A DNA stretch of 64,000 bases from Vulcanimicrobiota bacterium (GTDB lineage Bacteria; Vulcanimicrobiota; Vulcanimicrobiia; Vulcanimicrobiales; Vulcanimicrobiaceae), in assembly GCA_963714015.1 (NCBI GenBank), contig OY970223.1, forward strand, positions 704,001 through 768,000, in the 5' to 3' direction. Shown here in pieces: positions 40,849 to 51,526 of the stretch. A program made the translations under genes and the position numbers. Position 1 is the stretch's first letter; each line of letters opens with the position of its first letter. The notes beneath the pieces are model-generated. The model was given only the letters and a program-made list of their open reading frames with translations, did no database searches and had not been told where the DNA came from.

Positions 40849-43800
40849 ACCTCAAACAGATCAAGACGTTCGGATTCAAGACGTTTGCCGAACCCACGAC
40901 ACTGACGTTCGGAAACGGCATTACGGCTATCGTCGGCCCGAACGGGTCGGGCAAATCCAATCTCATCGACGCGTTCCGGTGGGTGCTCGGCGAGCAGAGC
41001 AGCAAGAGCTTGCGGTCGGGAAAGATGGAAGACGTCATCTTTGCGGGCAACGAGAAGCGCAAGCCGCTCGGTCTGGCCGAGGTCTCCATCCTTTTCGACA
41101 ACGGCGATCGCCGGCTGCCGATCGATTTTACGGAAGTCGAGATCACTCGCCGCGCGTATCGCGCCGGCGAGATCGAGTACTACATCAATCGCAATCAATG
41201 CCGCTTGCGCGATATCATGGATCTGCTGATGGGCACCGGCCTGGGCCCCGGCTCCTATTCGATCGTTTCGCAAGGGCAGATCGACGCCATTCTGACGAGC
41301 AAACCGGCGGATCGCCGGGCGCTGTTCGAAGAGACGGCCGGGATCAACAAATTTCTTGCGCGTAAGAACGAGTCGATGCGCCGCCTGGAGCAGACGGAGC
41401 AGAACGCGATCCGCATCAACGATCTCATTTCCGAACTGGAGCGCCGCGTTCCGGAACTCGACACGCAAGTCCGCCGGGCAAAGCGCTACCGGAAAGTCAG
41501 CGCGCGAGTGCGCGATTTGGAGATTCTCTCGTACCTGCGGGCGAGCGCCTCACGTCGCGCCGAACGGGAGACGCTGCGCGAACAGCTCGAACGCAACGAA
41601 GAGCTGCGATCTGCGGCCGCGGCCAAAGCGGCCTCCCTCGGCGCGCAGCTCGCGCAGAGCCGCACGACCGTCTATAAACACGAACTTGCGCTCGAAGAGC
41701 AACGCACGCAAAGCCAAAACCTGCGTTCCGATTTAGCGCGTTTGGAAGCGGACTACGCTGCAGCGCTCGCGCGGCGGGAAACGTTGGAGGCGCAGAGCAC
41801 GCAGACGTCGGAAGACGCCGCGCGCGTTCAGCACGAGCGCGAGACGCTTCAGACCGCGATCGCCGATCTCCAGAATCGGATTTCGCCGCTGCAAGCCGAA
41901 CTCGAAACGGCGCGCGATGCCGAATTGCAGACGCAAACCGCTCTCTCGCAAACGCGTGCCCAGCTCGATGAAATCTTCACGAAGCTCCGGGAGGTCGAAG
42001 CCGCCGCATCCGACCGCGCCGCGCGCAAGGCGGAGCGGCGCGTACAGAGTGAGAACGCCCGGGCGGAATCGGAGCGCCTGGAGCGCGAAGCCGCGGCTGC
42101 CCGCGCTTCGGCCGAGCAGTTGGAGATATCTGCCGGCTCCGCGATGCATCGCTACGGCGAGCAGCAGCAACAGCTGGCGCACCTGGAGTCGCAGCTGCTC
42201 GACGCGCGCGGGCGCGTCGAGGATGCCGAACGCGCCGTCACGCAAGCGCAGGGCGACGTCCTTCGCGCCACGACGGCACACCGCGAGTATTCGAGCGAAG
42301 TAGCCGCGGCCCAGTCGCGCCTGCACACGATCGAAGAGCTGGAGAACGCGCTCGAAGGCCACGTGCCCGGGACGCGCGCCGTCGTCGAAGCTTGGCAGCG
42401 CGGCGAACTTCGCGGCATCGAAGGCATTATTTCGAACTTGATTACCACCGACGAGCCGTACGCGCGCGCGATGGACATCGCTTTCGGCGCCCGTCTCTCG
42501 AACATCGTGACGCGTACTTCCGAAGACGCCGAGCGCGGAATCGACTACCTCAACGCAAAAGAACTGGGGCGCGCGACGTTCTTGCCGCTGGATACGCTGC
42601 AGAACCGTACCGGTAAAGAGCTGAACGGCGAGCTGCGCGGCGTGCGCGGCGTTATCGGTTATGCGCATACCCTCGTGCGCACGGATCCCCAGTATGAAAG
42701 CATCGTGCGGTTCCTCGTCGGCAACGTGCTGGTGGTCGACACGCTCCAGACCGGGATTTTTTTGGTGCGCAACCGCGGGCTGCGCGAAACCATCGTCACC
42801 CTTTCCGGCGAGCAGATTGCGGGCGGCGGAGCGATCACCGGAGGCCGCTATCAGCGCGAGAAGTCCATTCTTTCGCGGCGCGTGCAGGCGCAGACGCTGC
42901 GCGAGCAGCTGGTCGAGATGCAGTCGCGATTGGGCGAACTGGAGTCCGCGGTGCAACAAGCGGCGCGTTACGGCGAAGCTTCGATCGGCGTGCGCGAGCA
43001 AGCACAAGCGGCATTGCGGCGAGCGGAGATTGGCGCCACCGAGGTTCGCGGCGAGATGGCGAGCGTTTCCGCCGAGATCGAGCGCGTCGACCGCGAGCTC
43101 GGCGCTGCACGCCTGCGCGCGGAGGAATTGCGCGCGCAAGCTGCTGCCGCGCGGGAGCGGGAACGCAGTTTCGAAGGCGCTCCCACCGAAGATGCGCGCA
43201 GCGATGAAGAACGCCGGCGGCTCGAGTCGGAACTCGGGCTGGCTCGGGAACGGATTGCGCAAGCCGAATCCGCGCAGGCCGGTACGAGCGCGCGCGCCGG
43301 AGATCTTCGGGAGCGTTTTGCCGCCCTCACTGCGGAGCGGGACGGTGCCAAGGCGCGCCTGGGCATCATCGACCAAGACAGCCGGCGGGCGCGAATTGCA
43401 CGTGAAGCGATGGAAAGCGAGATCGCGCAGCTTACGGCGCAGACCTCGGAATCGGCGCGCAAAGTGGAAGCGCTACGCGCGGACGTCTTTGCCGCAGATG
43501 GGCGGTTCGATGCCGCGCGCCGCGAGCGCGAGGTCCTGAGCGATCGCGTTACGCGTCTCGAGGCGGATGTGCGTACCGCGGAGATCGAGGAGCGCGAGGC
43601 GCAGGCGGGCGGCGAGCGCCATCGCACGCGGCTCGCCGAGATCGAAGCCGAGCTCGGCATGCTGGTCTCACAGTTCGCGCAGAATCCCGCGGCCGACGAC
43701 GAATGCCGCGACGTCGAAGATCGCTACCGCGACGAACCGGACGCCGTAGCCGAGGATCTCCCACGGCTGCGCGAAGAGCTCGCTCGTCTCTCCGCCAACG

Positions 43801-44417
43801 TGAATTTGAACGCCGAAGCGGATCGAGAAGACCTCGCGCAGCGCGAACAGTTCCTGCGCGCGCAGCTCGACGACCTTTCAAAAGCGCGCGAGACGCTGCT
43901 TGCCTCGATTCGCGAGATCGAACAGCAGACGCAAGCGCGCTTCAACCAGACGTTCGATCAAGTCGCCGAGGCCTTCACGCAGATGTACGCCAAGCTCTTT
44001 CCCGGCGGACAAGCAAAAATGTGGCAGACCAATCCCGAGAGTCTCTCGGAGACCGGAATCGAGATCTCCGTTCAGCCTCCGGGTAAGAAGCTGATGCCGC
44101 TCCCGAGCTTGTCCGGCGGCGAACGAGCGATGACCGCAGCCGCGCTGATCTTCGCGCTCATCAAAGTGCGTCCGTCGCCGTTCTATTTGCTCGACGAAGT
44201 CGATGCCGCGCTCGACGACGCGAACGTCGAACGCTTCTCGAGTATGGTGCGAGAGCTCGCCACCGACTCGCAGATGATCATCGTAACGCACAATAAGCAG
44301 ACGATGGAGCTCGCCGATCGCATGTACGGCGTGACGATGGGCGAAGCAGGGATCAGCTCGCTGATCTCGGCCGAGCTTGGCGCTCGCGAACGGGAACCGG
44401 AGCCCGCGATTGCCTGA
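40845..44417 (+). CDS. smc: Chromosome segregation protein SMC
   Basis: GFKTF, GPNGSGKSN, long coiled coils, hinge GRATFLPL, LSGGE and LLDEVDAALD. Confidence 0.97.
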   Translation: MNLKQIKTFGFKTFAEPTTLTFGNGITAIVGPNGSGKSNLIDAFRWVLGEQSSKSLRSGKMEDVIFAGNEKRKPLGLAEVSILFDNGDRRLPIDFTEVEITRRAYRAGEIEYYINRNQCRLRDIMDLLMGTGLGPGSYSIVSQGQIDAILTSKPADRRALFEETAGINKFLARKNESMRRLEQTEQNAIRINDLISELERRVPELDTQVRRAKRYRKVSARVRDLEILSYLRASASRRAERETLREQLERNEELRSAAAAKAASLGAQLAQSRTTVYKHELALEEQRTQSQNLRSDLARLEADYAAALARRETLEAQSTQTSEDAARVQHERETLQTAIADLQNRISPLQAELETARDAELQTQTALSQTRAQLDEIFTKLREVEAAASDRAARKAERRVQSENARAESERLEREAAAARASAEQLEISAGSAMHRYGEQQQQLAHLESQLLDARGRVEDAERAVTQAQGDVLRATTAHREYSSEVAAAQSRLHTIEELENALEGHVPGTRAVVEAWQRGELRGIEGIISNLITTDEPYARAMDIAFGARLSNIVTRTSEDAERGIDYLNAKELGRATFLPLDTLQNRTGKELNGELRGVRGVIGYAHTLVRTDPQYESIVRFLVGNVLVVDTLQTGIFLVRNRGLRETIVTLSGEQIAGGGAITGGRYQREKSILSRRVQAQTLREQLVEMQSRLGELESAVQQAARYGEASIGVREQAQAALRRAEIGATEVRGEMASVSAEIERVDRELGAARLRAEELRAQAAAARERERSFEGAPTEDARSDEERRRLESELGLARERIAQAESAQAGTSARAGDLRERFAALTAERDGAKARLGIIDQDSRRARIAREAMESEIAQLTAQTSESARKVEALRADVFAADGRFDAARREREVLSDRVTRLEADVRTAEIEEREAQAGGERHRTRLAEIEAELGMLVSQFAQNPAADDECRDVEDRYRDEPDAVAEDLPRLREELARLSANVNLNAEADREDLAQREQFLRAQLDDLSKARETLLASIREIEQQTQARFNQTFDQVAEAFTQMYAKLFPGGQAKMWQTNPESLSETGIEISVQPPGKKLMPLPSLSGGERAMTAAALIFALIKVRPSPFYLLDEVDAALDDANVERFSSMVRELATDSQMIIVTHNKQTMELADRMYGVTMGEAGISSLISAELGAREREPEPAIA

Positions 44418-45973
44418 AGCGGCGCTGCTCTCGCTTTCGGATAAGACGGGCGCAGCCGAAGTCGGCAAGGCACTCGCGGACCGCGGCGTCGGCATCTTCG
44501 CGACCGGCGGCACCCGATCGTTTTTGGCCCAGCACGGCATCGCCGCGCGGGACGTCGAGGAGTTGACCGGCTTTCCGCCGCTGTTCGACGGCCGTGTCAA
44601 GACGCTGCATCCGAAGGTCTTCGGCGCGATTTTATACGATCGCGCAAAATCCGCACACCGCGAACAAGCGCGCGTGTACAACATCCACGACATTCGCTAT
44701 TTGATCGTGAACCTGTATCCGTTCGAAGCTACGGCGGCGCGCGAGGGAACCACCATTGCCGAAGCGATCGAGCAGATCGACATCGGCGGCGTTTCGCTGC
44801 TGCGTGCCGCGGCGAAAAATTTCGCCCACCTTACGGTGCTCAGTCATTCCTCGCAGTACGCGGCGTTTTTGAAAGCATTGCCGCAGGGCGGCCCGGACGA
44901 AGCCTGCCCGTCGCCGCCTGGCAGTCGCGGCGTTCGAACGCACCGCCGAATACGACGCCGCCATCGCGCATTATCTCGCCACGAAAGGCACCGTGCTGCC
45001 GAGCGAACTTCCGGGCGCGCTAACGCTGACGCTGCCGCTCGGCCAGCCGTTGCGATACGGCGAGAATCCGCAGATGCGCGCAGCGTTTTACTTGGACGGC
45101 TCGCGCCGTCTTCCGGAGCAACTGCACGGCAAAGAGCTTTCGTACAATAATCTGCTCGATCTGGACGCTACGCTGCGCCTGCTTTCCCGCGCTCCGCTGG
45201 GTGCGCAAATTGGATCGGAGCCGGAACGGTTCGTGCGCGCGGCAATCGTCAAACACACCGTTCCGTGCGGCGTTGCGCAGCGTTCCAGCGCTACGAAGGC
45301 CCTGCGCGACGCGCTCGACGCCGATCCGGTTTCCGCATATGGCGGAATCATTGCGGTCGACGCGCCGGTCGATGCGCAGAGCGCGCAGGCCCTCTCCTCG
45401 TTTTTTTTGGAGATCGTCGCGGCGCCGCAGTTCGATGCCGAAGCACTTGAAATTCTGAAAAAAAAGAAGAACCTGCGGATCATGCGTTACGCGCCTTCGC
45501 TGCCTGACGAACTGCAGCGCGAATTGCAGCTGCGCAGCGCGCTTGGCGGCGTGCTCGCGGAGGAAGAGAACGCCGGCCACAAACCGGAGACTTGGCGCGT
45601 GGTCAGCAAACGTCAGCCGCAGGCGCAGGAATGGCACGATCTCGCATTTGCCTGGGACGTCGTCCGGCACGTCAAGAGCAACGGCGTCGTCATAGCCAAG
45701 GCCGGAGCGACGAGGGGGATCTGCGCGGGTCAGACCAACCGCGTGAGCGCCGTGAAAATTGCCGGCGTGCGGGCGGGCGAGAACGCCAAAGGGGCGGCCT
45801 GCGCGAGCGACGGCTACTTTCCGTTTCCGGACGGGCTCGAGGAGGCGGCCCGCGCCGGGTGCACCGCCGTAATTGCGCCGGAGGGCTCGGTTCGCGACGC
45901 GCTGGTCGTCGAGGCGGCCGATCGCCTTGGAGTGGCGCTCGTCTTCTCGACCCGCCGGTACTTTTTGCACTGA
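44410..45973 (+). CDS. purH: Bifunctional AICAR transformylase/IMP cyclohydrolase; apparent frameshift near 44900
   Basis: Motifs ALLSLSDKTG, GRVKTLHP, IDIGG, RAAAKN, LRYGENP, LSYNN, VKSN and ASDGYFPF. Confidence 0.94.
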
Positions 45974-45996
45974 CGCCGGCGCTGTATAGTAGGCGC

Positions 45997-46398
45997 ATGA
46001 CGCGCTACCTCCACACGTCGATCTTCGTGAACGACATGCAGCAGTCGATAGACTTCTATACCCGGAAGCTCGGCCTCAAATTGCTCGACGGGCCGCATCA
46101 CTATCCGGGCAATGCGGACATGGCCTTCGTCGGAAACGACTGGAACGCGTACATCGAACTGGTGTACGACCTCGAGGATCATCCGCCGTACGAGCTGGGC
46201 AACCGCTACGAGCATTTGGCGATCGAGGCGAGCGGTGAGCTGGAGCAGTTGATCTCCGATCTGCGCGAGCAGGGCGTGAAGATTCTGAAAGACGTAAAAC
46301 GTTCGCCGGGCGGTACGCGCGCAATCGCCTTCGTCGAAGATCCCAACGGAATTCCGGTGGAGATTCTCGAACCTCGGACGGCGCAAGTACTTTCCTGA
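45997..46398 (+). CDS. VOC/glyoxalase family protein (lactoylglutathione lyase-like)
   Basis: YLHTSIFVNDMQQSIDFY, IELVY, HLAI and FVEDPNGIPVE; TATAGT 6 nt before the ATG suggests a leaderless transcript. Confidence 0.88.
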   Translation: MTRYLHTSIFVNDMQQSIDFYTRKLGLKLLDGPHHYPGNADMAFVGNDWNAYIELVYDLEDHPPYELGNRYEHLAIEASGELEQLISDLREQGVKILKDVKRSPGGTRAIAFVEDPNGIPVEILEPRTAQVLS

Positions 46399-46414
46399 AG
46401 ACGTAGTTCGAGCG

Positions 46415-46939
46415 ATGAAGAGTTTGCTGCAGGCAGCGGTTTTAAGCATTGTAATGACGCAAAGTTTCGGCGACCGGGTTGCGCAGATCACGCAGCGCAT
46501 CACGAGCGCCCAGGCGGCGCACACGGTCTCTTCCGCGCAGCAGGCGCTCTTTCAAGCCGAACTTGCGGCGGCGAACACCGCAAACCAACACAACGACGCG
46601 CGGGCAAATGCCATGCTCGACGACGTCGAGCGGCAGCTCACGCCGATCGATCACGTCCTTACGCGCGCCAATGACGGCGGCGCGCTGGTGGTTCATCAAG
46701 GCGACCAAGTCGTCGTCGCGTTCCACGATCCGTACACGTACGATATTCATTTGTCCAAAACGGGCATCATCGCAATCAAGCCCGGCATCATGTGGATACG
46801 CGGCGTGCAAGGCATTTACGTCGCCAAGACGGCCGGAGTCGTCCGGATGACGATGAATCCTCGTCCGGGCGTTACACCCTCGCCGCCGCCCTCGCTGCAA
46901 AACACGCTGGTCTTTACGATCGTGGTTTTGCCGTCCTAA
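46415..46939 (+). CDS. Hypothetical exported protein
   Basis: Signal-like N-terminus, helical segment, then a beta-rich C-terminal domain; fills the intergenic gap. Confidence 0.55.
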   Translation: MKSLLQAAVLSIVMTQSFGDRVAQITQRITSAQAAHTVSSAQQALFQAELAAANTANQHNDARANAMLDDVERQLTPIDHVLTRANDGGALVVHQGDQVVVAFHDPYTYDIHLSKTGIIAIKPGIMWIRGVQGIYVAKTAGVVRMTMNPRPGVTPSPPPSLQNTLVFTIVVLPS

Positions 46940-48012
46940 CGATAGACGAACGGATCCGTGGGAGGCGCGATTGGCTGCAAAAGTTCCGCTTTCAGTTCAA
47001 GGCCATCCCGGGAATCCACTAGTGTTCCGCGCGCGTGGACCCAGCCGGCCAGCCAATGCGGCGCATCGGCAATGCGCACGGCGATTGGTGCGGCGTCGGC
47101 ACGGCAGCACGTAATCGCATAACGCACGAGCGACGTTTCGTTCGCAGATCGCGTGACTGAACCGGTAAAGTCCAGCCGCTCACCTGGGAAAGCCCCGGCC
47201 AGCGTCGTTTCGCTCGCGTAATACTGCGGCGGCGGAACGGAAAGTACCGAGCCGGCCAGCATGATCGCCGGCGCGATGCGCGCCGGCCAGCAGCTTTCCC
47301 GGCGGTGAACGTGCGCAAGCCAAAGCGATACGCCCGCGCACGGCCAAAGCGCAGCGGCGATACGCGGATGGACCAGGCCGGCGCCGCCGCGGCCGGCCGC
47401 CAAAGCGCAAGCTGCGGTTAGCAGCAGATAGCCGAGCACGTCGTGCGAAACATGGACGCGGCGCGTGCCGAACCACGTTCGAACATCCACTATTCCGGCC
47501 GCGCACAAGAACCCGGCGGCCGACACGGGAAGCGTAACGCGCAGCGACGCCGCAAAAGCCGCCGCGCTGATGCCGCAAGGCGACATCAAGATCGCGCAGA
47601 GAGCACCGGCGCCGAATGCAATCGGGGGTGAAGGACGCAAACCCAAAACGACCGGCGCAAAAAGTGAAACGCACGCCCCGATCGCCGCAGCCGGAGCGAT
47701 CCCCAGCAACTGCGAGAGCGCGCCGTCGCCGCGAGCGTCGTTGCAGGCGTGCGGAAGTAAGCGCGCGATCAATGTGCCTGCTGCAAGCCGCGCCGCGGCG
47801 ACGAACGGCCCGAAGATCGCGCAGACCGCGGCGGCAGCGGGCAAAGAACGCGCGGAAGGTCCCGTCCCGCACCCGCATCCGAGATACGGAACCATCCACC
47901 CGCTGCGCCGCAGCGGCGTTCCGGCGAGAACCGCAGCGGCAAGAACGAACGGGGCGCTTTCGAGCAATGTCGCTGCACACGTCACGAGCAACGCCGTCGC
48001 CATGCTGCTCAT
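46936..48012 (-). CDS. Membrane protein: permease-like N-terminus fused to a DUF1980/TIGR03943-like C-terminus
   Basis: LLESAPFVL, GCGCG and SPCG in a multi-TM region; C-terminal LVRYAITCCRADA...WVHARG...PTDPFVY. Confidence 0.65.
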   Translation of the reverse strand: MSSMATALLVTCAATLLESAPFVLAAAVLAGTPLRRSGWMVPYLGCGCGTGPSARSLPAAAAVCAIFGPFVAAARLAAGTLIARLLPHACNDARGDGALSQLLGIAPAAAIGACVSLFAPVVLGLRPSPPIAFGAGALCAILMSPCGISAAAFAASLRVTLPVSAAGFLCAAGIVDVRTWFGTRRVHVSHDVLGYLLLTAACALAAGRGGAGLVHPRIAAALWPCAGVSLWLAHVHRRESCWPARIAPAIMLAGSVLSVPPPQYYASETTLAGAFPGERLDFTGSVTRSANETSLVRYAITCCRADAAPIAVRIADAPHWLAGWVHARGTLVDSRDGLELKAELLQPIAPPTDPFVYR

Positions 48013-48057
48013 TCACGCAAAGGGTCGCGGTCGTCTAGTGGGAAGTTGCCCTAACCC

Positions 48058-49327
48058 ATGGCCCAGAACATCACCGCACCGCGGGGAACGCAGGATTTCA
48101 TCCCGCCGCAGACCTCGCGATGGCAAGAGCTCGAATCGCGGATTCACATGCTCGCCCGGCGCTACGGATACGGCGAGCTGCGCACGCCGATCTTCGAGGC
48201 GACGGAGCTCTTCGTGCGCGGCGTGGGCGAGGCCACGGACATCGTCGACAAAGAGATGTACACGTTCGTCGACAAGGGCGATCGCAGCATGACGCTGCGG
48301 CCCGAATTCACCGCGCCTATCGTTCGCGCGGCGATCGAACACAATCTCTTCGCGCAAGGCCCGCAGCGGCTGTATTACCTGGGACCGATTTTCCGCTACG
48401 AGCGTCCGCAGAAAGGACGCTACCGCCAAGCGCATCAGTTCGGCATCGAATGTTCCGGGTTCGCGGGTCCCGAGGCCGACGTTGAAGTGATGGCGCTCGC
48501 GATGCATCTCTTCAGGACGTATGGTCTGAACGTGGTACTGCGTTTGAACTCGATCGGCGACGAGCAATGCCGCCCGCGCTACCGCGAGGCACTGCTGGCG
48601 CATTTCAGGCCGCATCTCGAACAGCTCAGCGCGGAGTCGCAGCGCCGTTTGGAGCGCAACCCGCTGCGTCTGCTGGACAGCAAGTCCCCCGAGGATCAGC
48701 CGTTTCTGGACTCCGCTCCGAAATTCCAGGAGTATCTTTGCGATGCGTGCCGCGTCCACTTTGACGGCGTAAAACGGTATCTGGAGCACATTGCCGTTCC
48801 GTACGCCGTCGACGCGCGTATCGTTCGCGGACTGGATTACTACACGCGCACGGTCTTCGAATTTACTTCGGATGCGCTCGGCGCGCAAAGCACGGTCTGC
48901 GCGGGCGGCAGGTACGACAAACTGATCGAGTCACTGGGCGGCCCCGACGTTCCGTCGGTCGGCTTCGCGCTTGGGATGGAGCGTTTGCTGCTTACGATCG
49001 ATGCAGTGGATCCGCTCGCGGAATCGGTGCGCGGCGGCGTGCAAGTCGTTGCGCTCGGCGAACAGGCGCGCGAAGTCCTGGTGACGCTCACCGCGCTGCT
49101 GCGCTACTCCCTTACCGTGCCGGTGTTCATGGACTACGACGATCGCAAACTGCTGGCGCCAGTTGAAGACCGCAGACCGCAACAACGCGCGCTACGCGCT
49201 GATCGTCGGCAGCGACGAAGTAGCGGCCGGCGAAGCGATTCTGCGCGATCTGAGCGAGCGCTCGGACCGCCGCGTCCCGCTCGGAAAAGACTTGGTGCCG
49301 TCTTTAGTGGAACTACTGCAAACATGA
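48058..49327 (+). CDS. hisS: Histidine--tRNA ligase; apparent frameshift near 49157
   Basis: Motifs PRGTQD, LRPEFTA, FRYERPQKGRYR, VRGLDYY and GGRYD. The shifted frame gives the anticodon-domain end QLKTADRNNARYALIVG...LLQT-TGA. Confidence 0.95.
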
Positions 49328-49462
49328 ACGTGCGTGGTACCCGTCCCCAGGGAGCCTTCGAATTGCGGCCCGTTTCACGGGCCCCGCGGTCATGGGGGAC
49401 CCGCGCTCAGATGGGTGCGCGGCTCGGAACGGAGCGCCTTTCAAAACGGAGCGCCTTGCAGA
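49324..49462 (+). repeat. Diverged single copy of the 129-bp element between hisS and accB
   Basis: Shares GCCCC(G/A)CGGTCATGGGGG(A/C)CCCGCGCT and CGGAGCGCCTTTCAAAA with the reverse complement of the 3642-4025 units. Confidence 0.75.
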
Positions 49463-49922
49463 ATGGCGGCTGACTCGCCGGAGACCGAAACGCTCAAGAG
49501 CCTGCTCGAGATCATGCACGAGCACGACCTCGACGCGCTCAAAGTCAAGGTCGGCGACAAGATTTTCGAACTGGTGCGTCGCGAAGGCGCCGTCGCCATC
49601 GTGCCGGGCCATGCCCCCGCTGCAGCGGGCGCAGCGCTAACGTCTTCAACGTCCCCCGGGGCGTCGGCGGCGGCTCCGCCCAACGTCAAGAAAGTCACTG
49701 CTCCGCTGGTAGGCGTGTTCTACGCCGCCCCGTCTCCGGACGCCGAGCCGTTCGTAAAGGCCGGCGATCGCGTGGAAGCCGGCCAGGTGCTCTGCATTCT
49801 GGAAGCGATGAAGCTGTTCAACGAGATCACGAGCGACTACGCGGGCGTCGTTGCGCGAATCATTCCGGAGAACGGAGAGCTGCGTCTCGCTCGGTCAGGA
49901 GATGTTTTGGATAGAACCGTAG
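49463..49922 (+). CDS. accB: Acetyl-CoA carboxylase biotin carboxyl carrier protein; apparent frameshift near 49880
   Basis: Motifs APLVGVFY and EAMKLFNEI (biotinyl-lysine); the shifted frame ends [15 protein letters not shown]. Confidence 0.92.
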
Positions 49923-50500
49923 ACGTCAAAGGAGAGCGGGGTTTCGACGAGCTGCTTGCGGATCGCCGCGGAATCTACGATGCGCCGCACTACCGCGGAC
50001 AGTGCGAAGCGATAGCGGACGCGATGGTGAAAGCACTGCGGCGCGGCAACAAGATGTTATGGATGGGCAACGGCGGAAGCGCGGCCGAGGCCCAGCACAT
50101 GGCCGCCGAGCTCAGCGGGCGCTTTCTGCGCGAACGCCCAGGATTGTACAGCGAAGCACTCTCGGTCAACACGTCGACGCTGACCGCAATCGGCAACGAT
50201 TACGGCTACGACCAGGTGTTCCGCCGCCAGATCGAAGCGTTCGTGCAGCCGGGTGACGTCGTGGTTGCAATGACGACAAGCGGAAGCTCAAAGAACATCG
50301 TGCTGGCCCTCGAGGAAGCGCGTAAACGCGAGGCCGTAACCGTGGCGTTCACCGGAAACGGCGGCGGCCCGGTCGCGCAGATCGCCGATCTCACGCTGCT
50401 CGGTCCGCACGGCTACTCGGCGATCGTTCAAGAAGTGCATCAAACGATGGCGCACATCATCTGCGATCTCGTGGAGCAGCGGATCCTGTTCGAAACCTGA
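49907..50500 (+). CDS. gmhA: Phosphoheptose isomerase
   Basis: Motifs [30 protein letters not shown] and VQEVH. Confidence 0.92.
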   Translation: MDRTVDVKGERGFDELLADRRGIYDAPHYRGQCEAIADAMVKALRRGNKMLWMGNGGSAAEAQHMAAELSGRFLRERPGLYSEALSVNTSTLTAIGNDYGYDQVFRRQIEAFVQPGDVVVAMTTSGSSKNIVLALEEARKREAVTVAFTGNGGGPVAQIADLTLLGPHGYSAIVQEVHQTMAHIICDLVEQRILFET

Positions 50501-50538
50501 GTGTCGTTTGCGACGAAGCCTTACGGCGCGGCACTAGC

Positions 50539-51526
50539 ATGACAATGCAAACGCTGGCGCCTCCCGATGCCCGATCGCTCTTCGAACGCATGCGCCAGCG
50601 GCGCGTGCTCGTCGTCGGCGACGCAATGGTCGACGAGTGGATCTGGGGAACCGTGACCCGCATTTCGCCGGAGGCACCGGTTCCGGTGGTTGCGGTCAAC
50701 GATCATTCCTTCACCCTGGGGGGCGCCGGAAACGTCGCGAGCAATCTTCGCGCGCTCGATGCGGAGGTACGCTTTGCGGCCGCCATCGGCAAAGACGCTT
50801 TTGCGCACTACGTCGCGGACATTCTCGCGCGCAACAGGCATCTCCGGGGAGGGGCTGATCACCATCGAGGACCGTCCGACGACGCGAAAGACGCGCGTCG
50901 TCGCGCATAACCAGCAAGTGGTCCGAGCGGATTGGGAGTCGACGAAGCCGCTCTCCGAGTCGGACCGCGACCGGCTCGCGGGCGTCGTGCGGAAGCTCGC
51001 CAAAGACGTCGACGCGGTCGTGCTGAGCGACTATGCAAAGGGTCTTTTCTCGCGAGAGATCGTGGAAGCGGCACTGGGGTGCGCGACTGTAGTCGCCGAT
51101 CCGAAACCGCAAAACTTGAGCATCTTCAGCGGCGTGACATGCGTAGCGCCGAACGCTGCGGAGGCGGCGCAGGCGACGGGAATCGCCATCGAAGACGAGC
51201 GTTCGCTGGAAGCCGCCGGCGCGAAGCTGCTCGAACTGCTGCAGTGCCGATACGTCGTGATTACCCGCGGCGAACATGGAATGTCCCTTTTTGGGCGCGG
51301 CGGAGAGCATTTGCACGTTCCGTCGGTCGCTCGTACCGTTTTCGACGTCAGCGGCGCCGGCGACACCGTCGTGGCGGTACTCTCGCTCGCGCTCGCGGCC
51401 GGCGCGCCGATCGAACTTGCCATGCAGCTCGCAAACTTTGCAGCCGGCGCCGTAGTGGAAAAACTTGGAACCGCCACCGCTTCGGCGGACGAGATTCTGG
51501 CGCTCGTGGAACATGGACACGGCTGA
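50539..51526 (+). CDS. hldA: Heptose-7-phosphate kinase (HldA/RfaE1); apparent frameshift near 50830
   Basis: Motifs GDAMVDE, RISPEAPVPVV, GGAGNVA, LSDYAKG and DVSGAGDTV. Confidence 0.9.

Noticed and set aside
41733..43376. Long antisense and alternate-frame ORFs (e.g. opposite smc, gyrB, trpS)
   Set aside because: These are shadow ORFs expected in high-GC coding DNA, with no recognisable motifs.
49334..50500. AccB-GmhA fusion protein
   Set aside because: A shift near 49880 restores the normal BCCP C-terminus with TAG at 49922, and gmhA has its own AGGAG and TTG.
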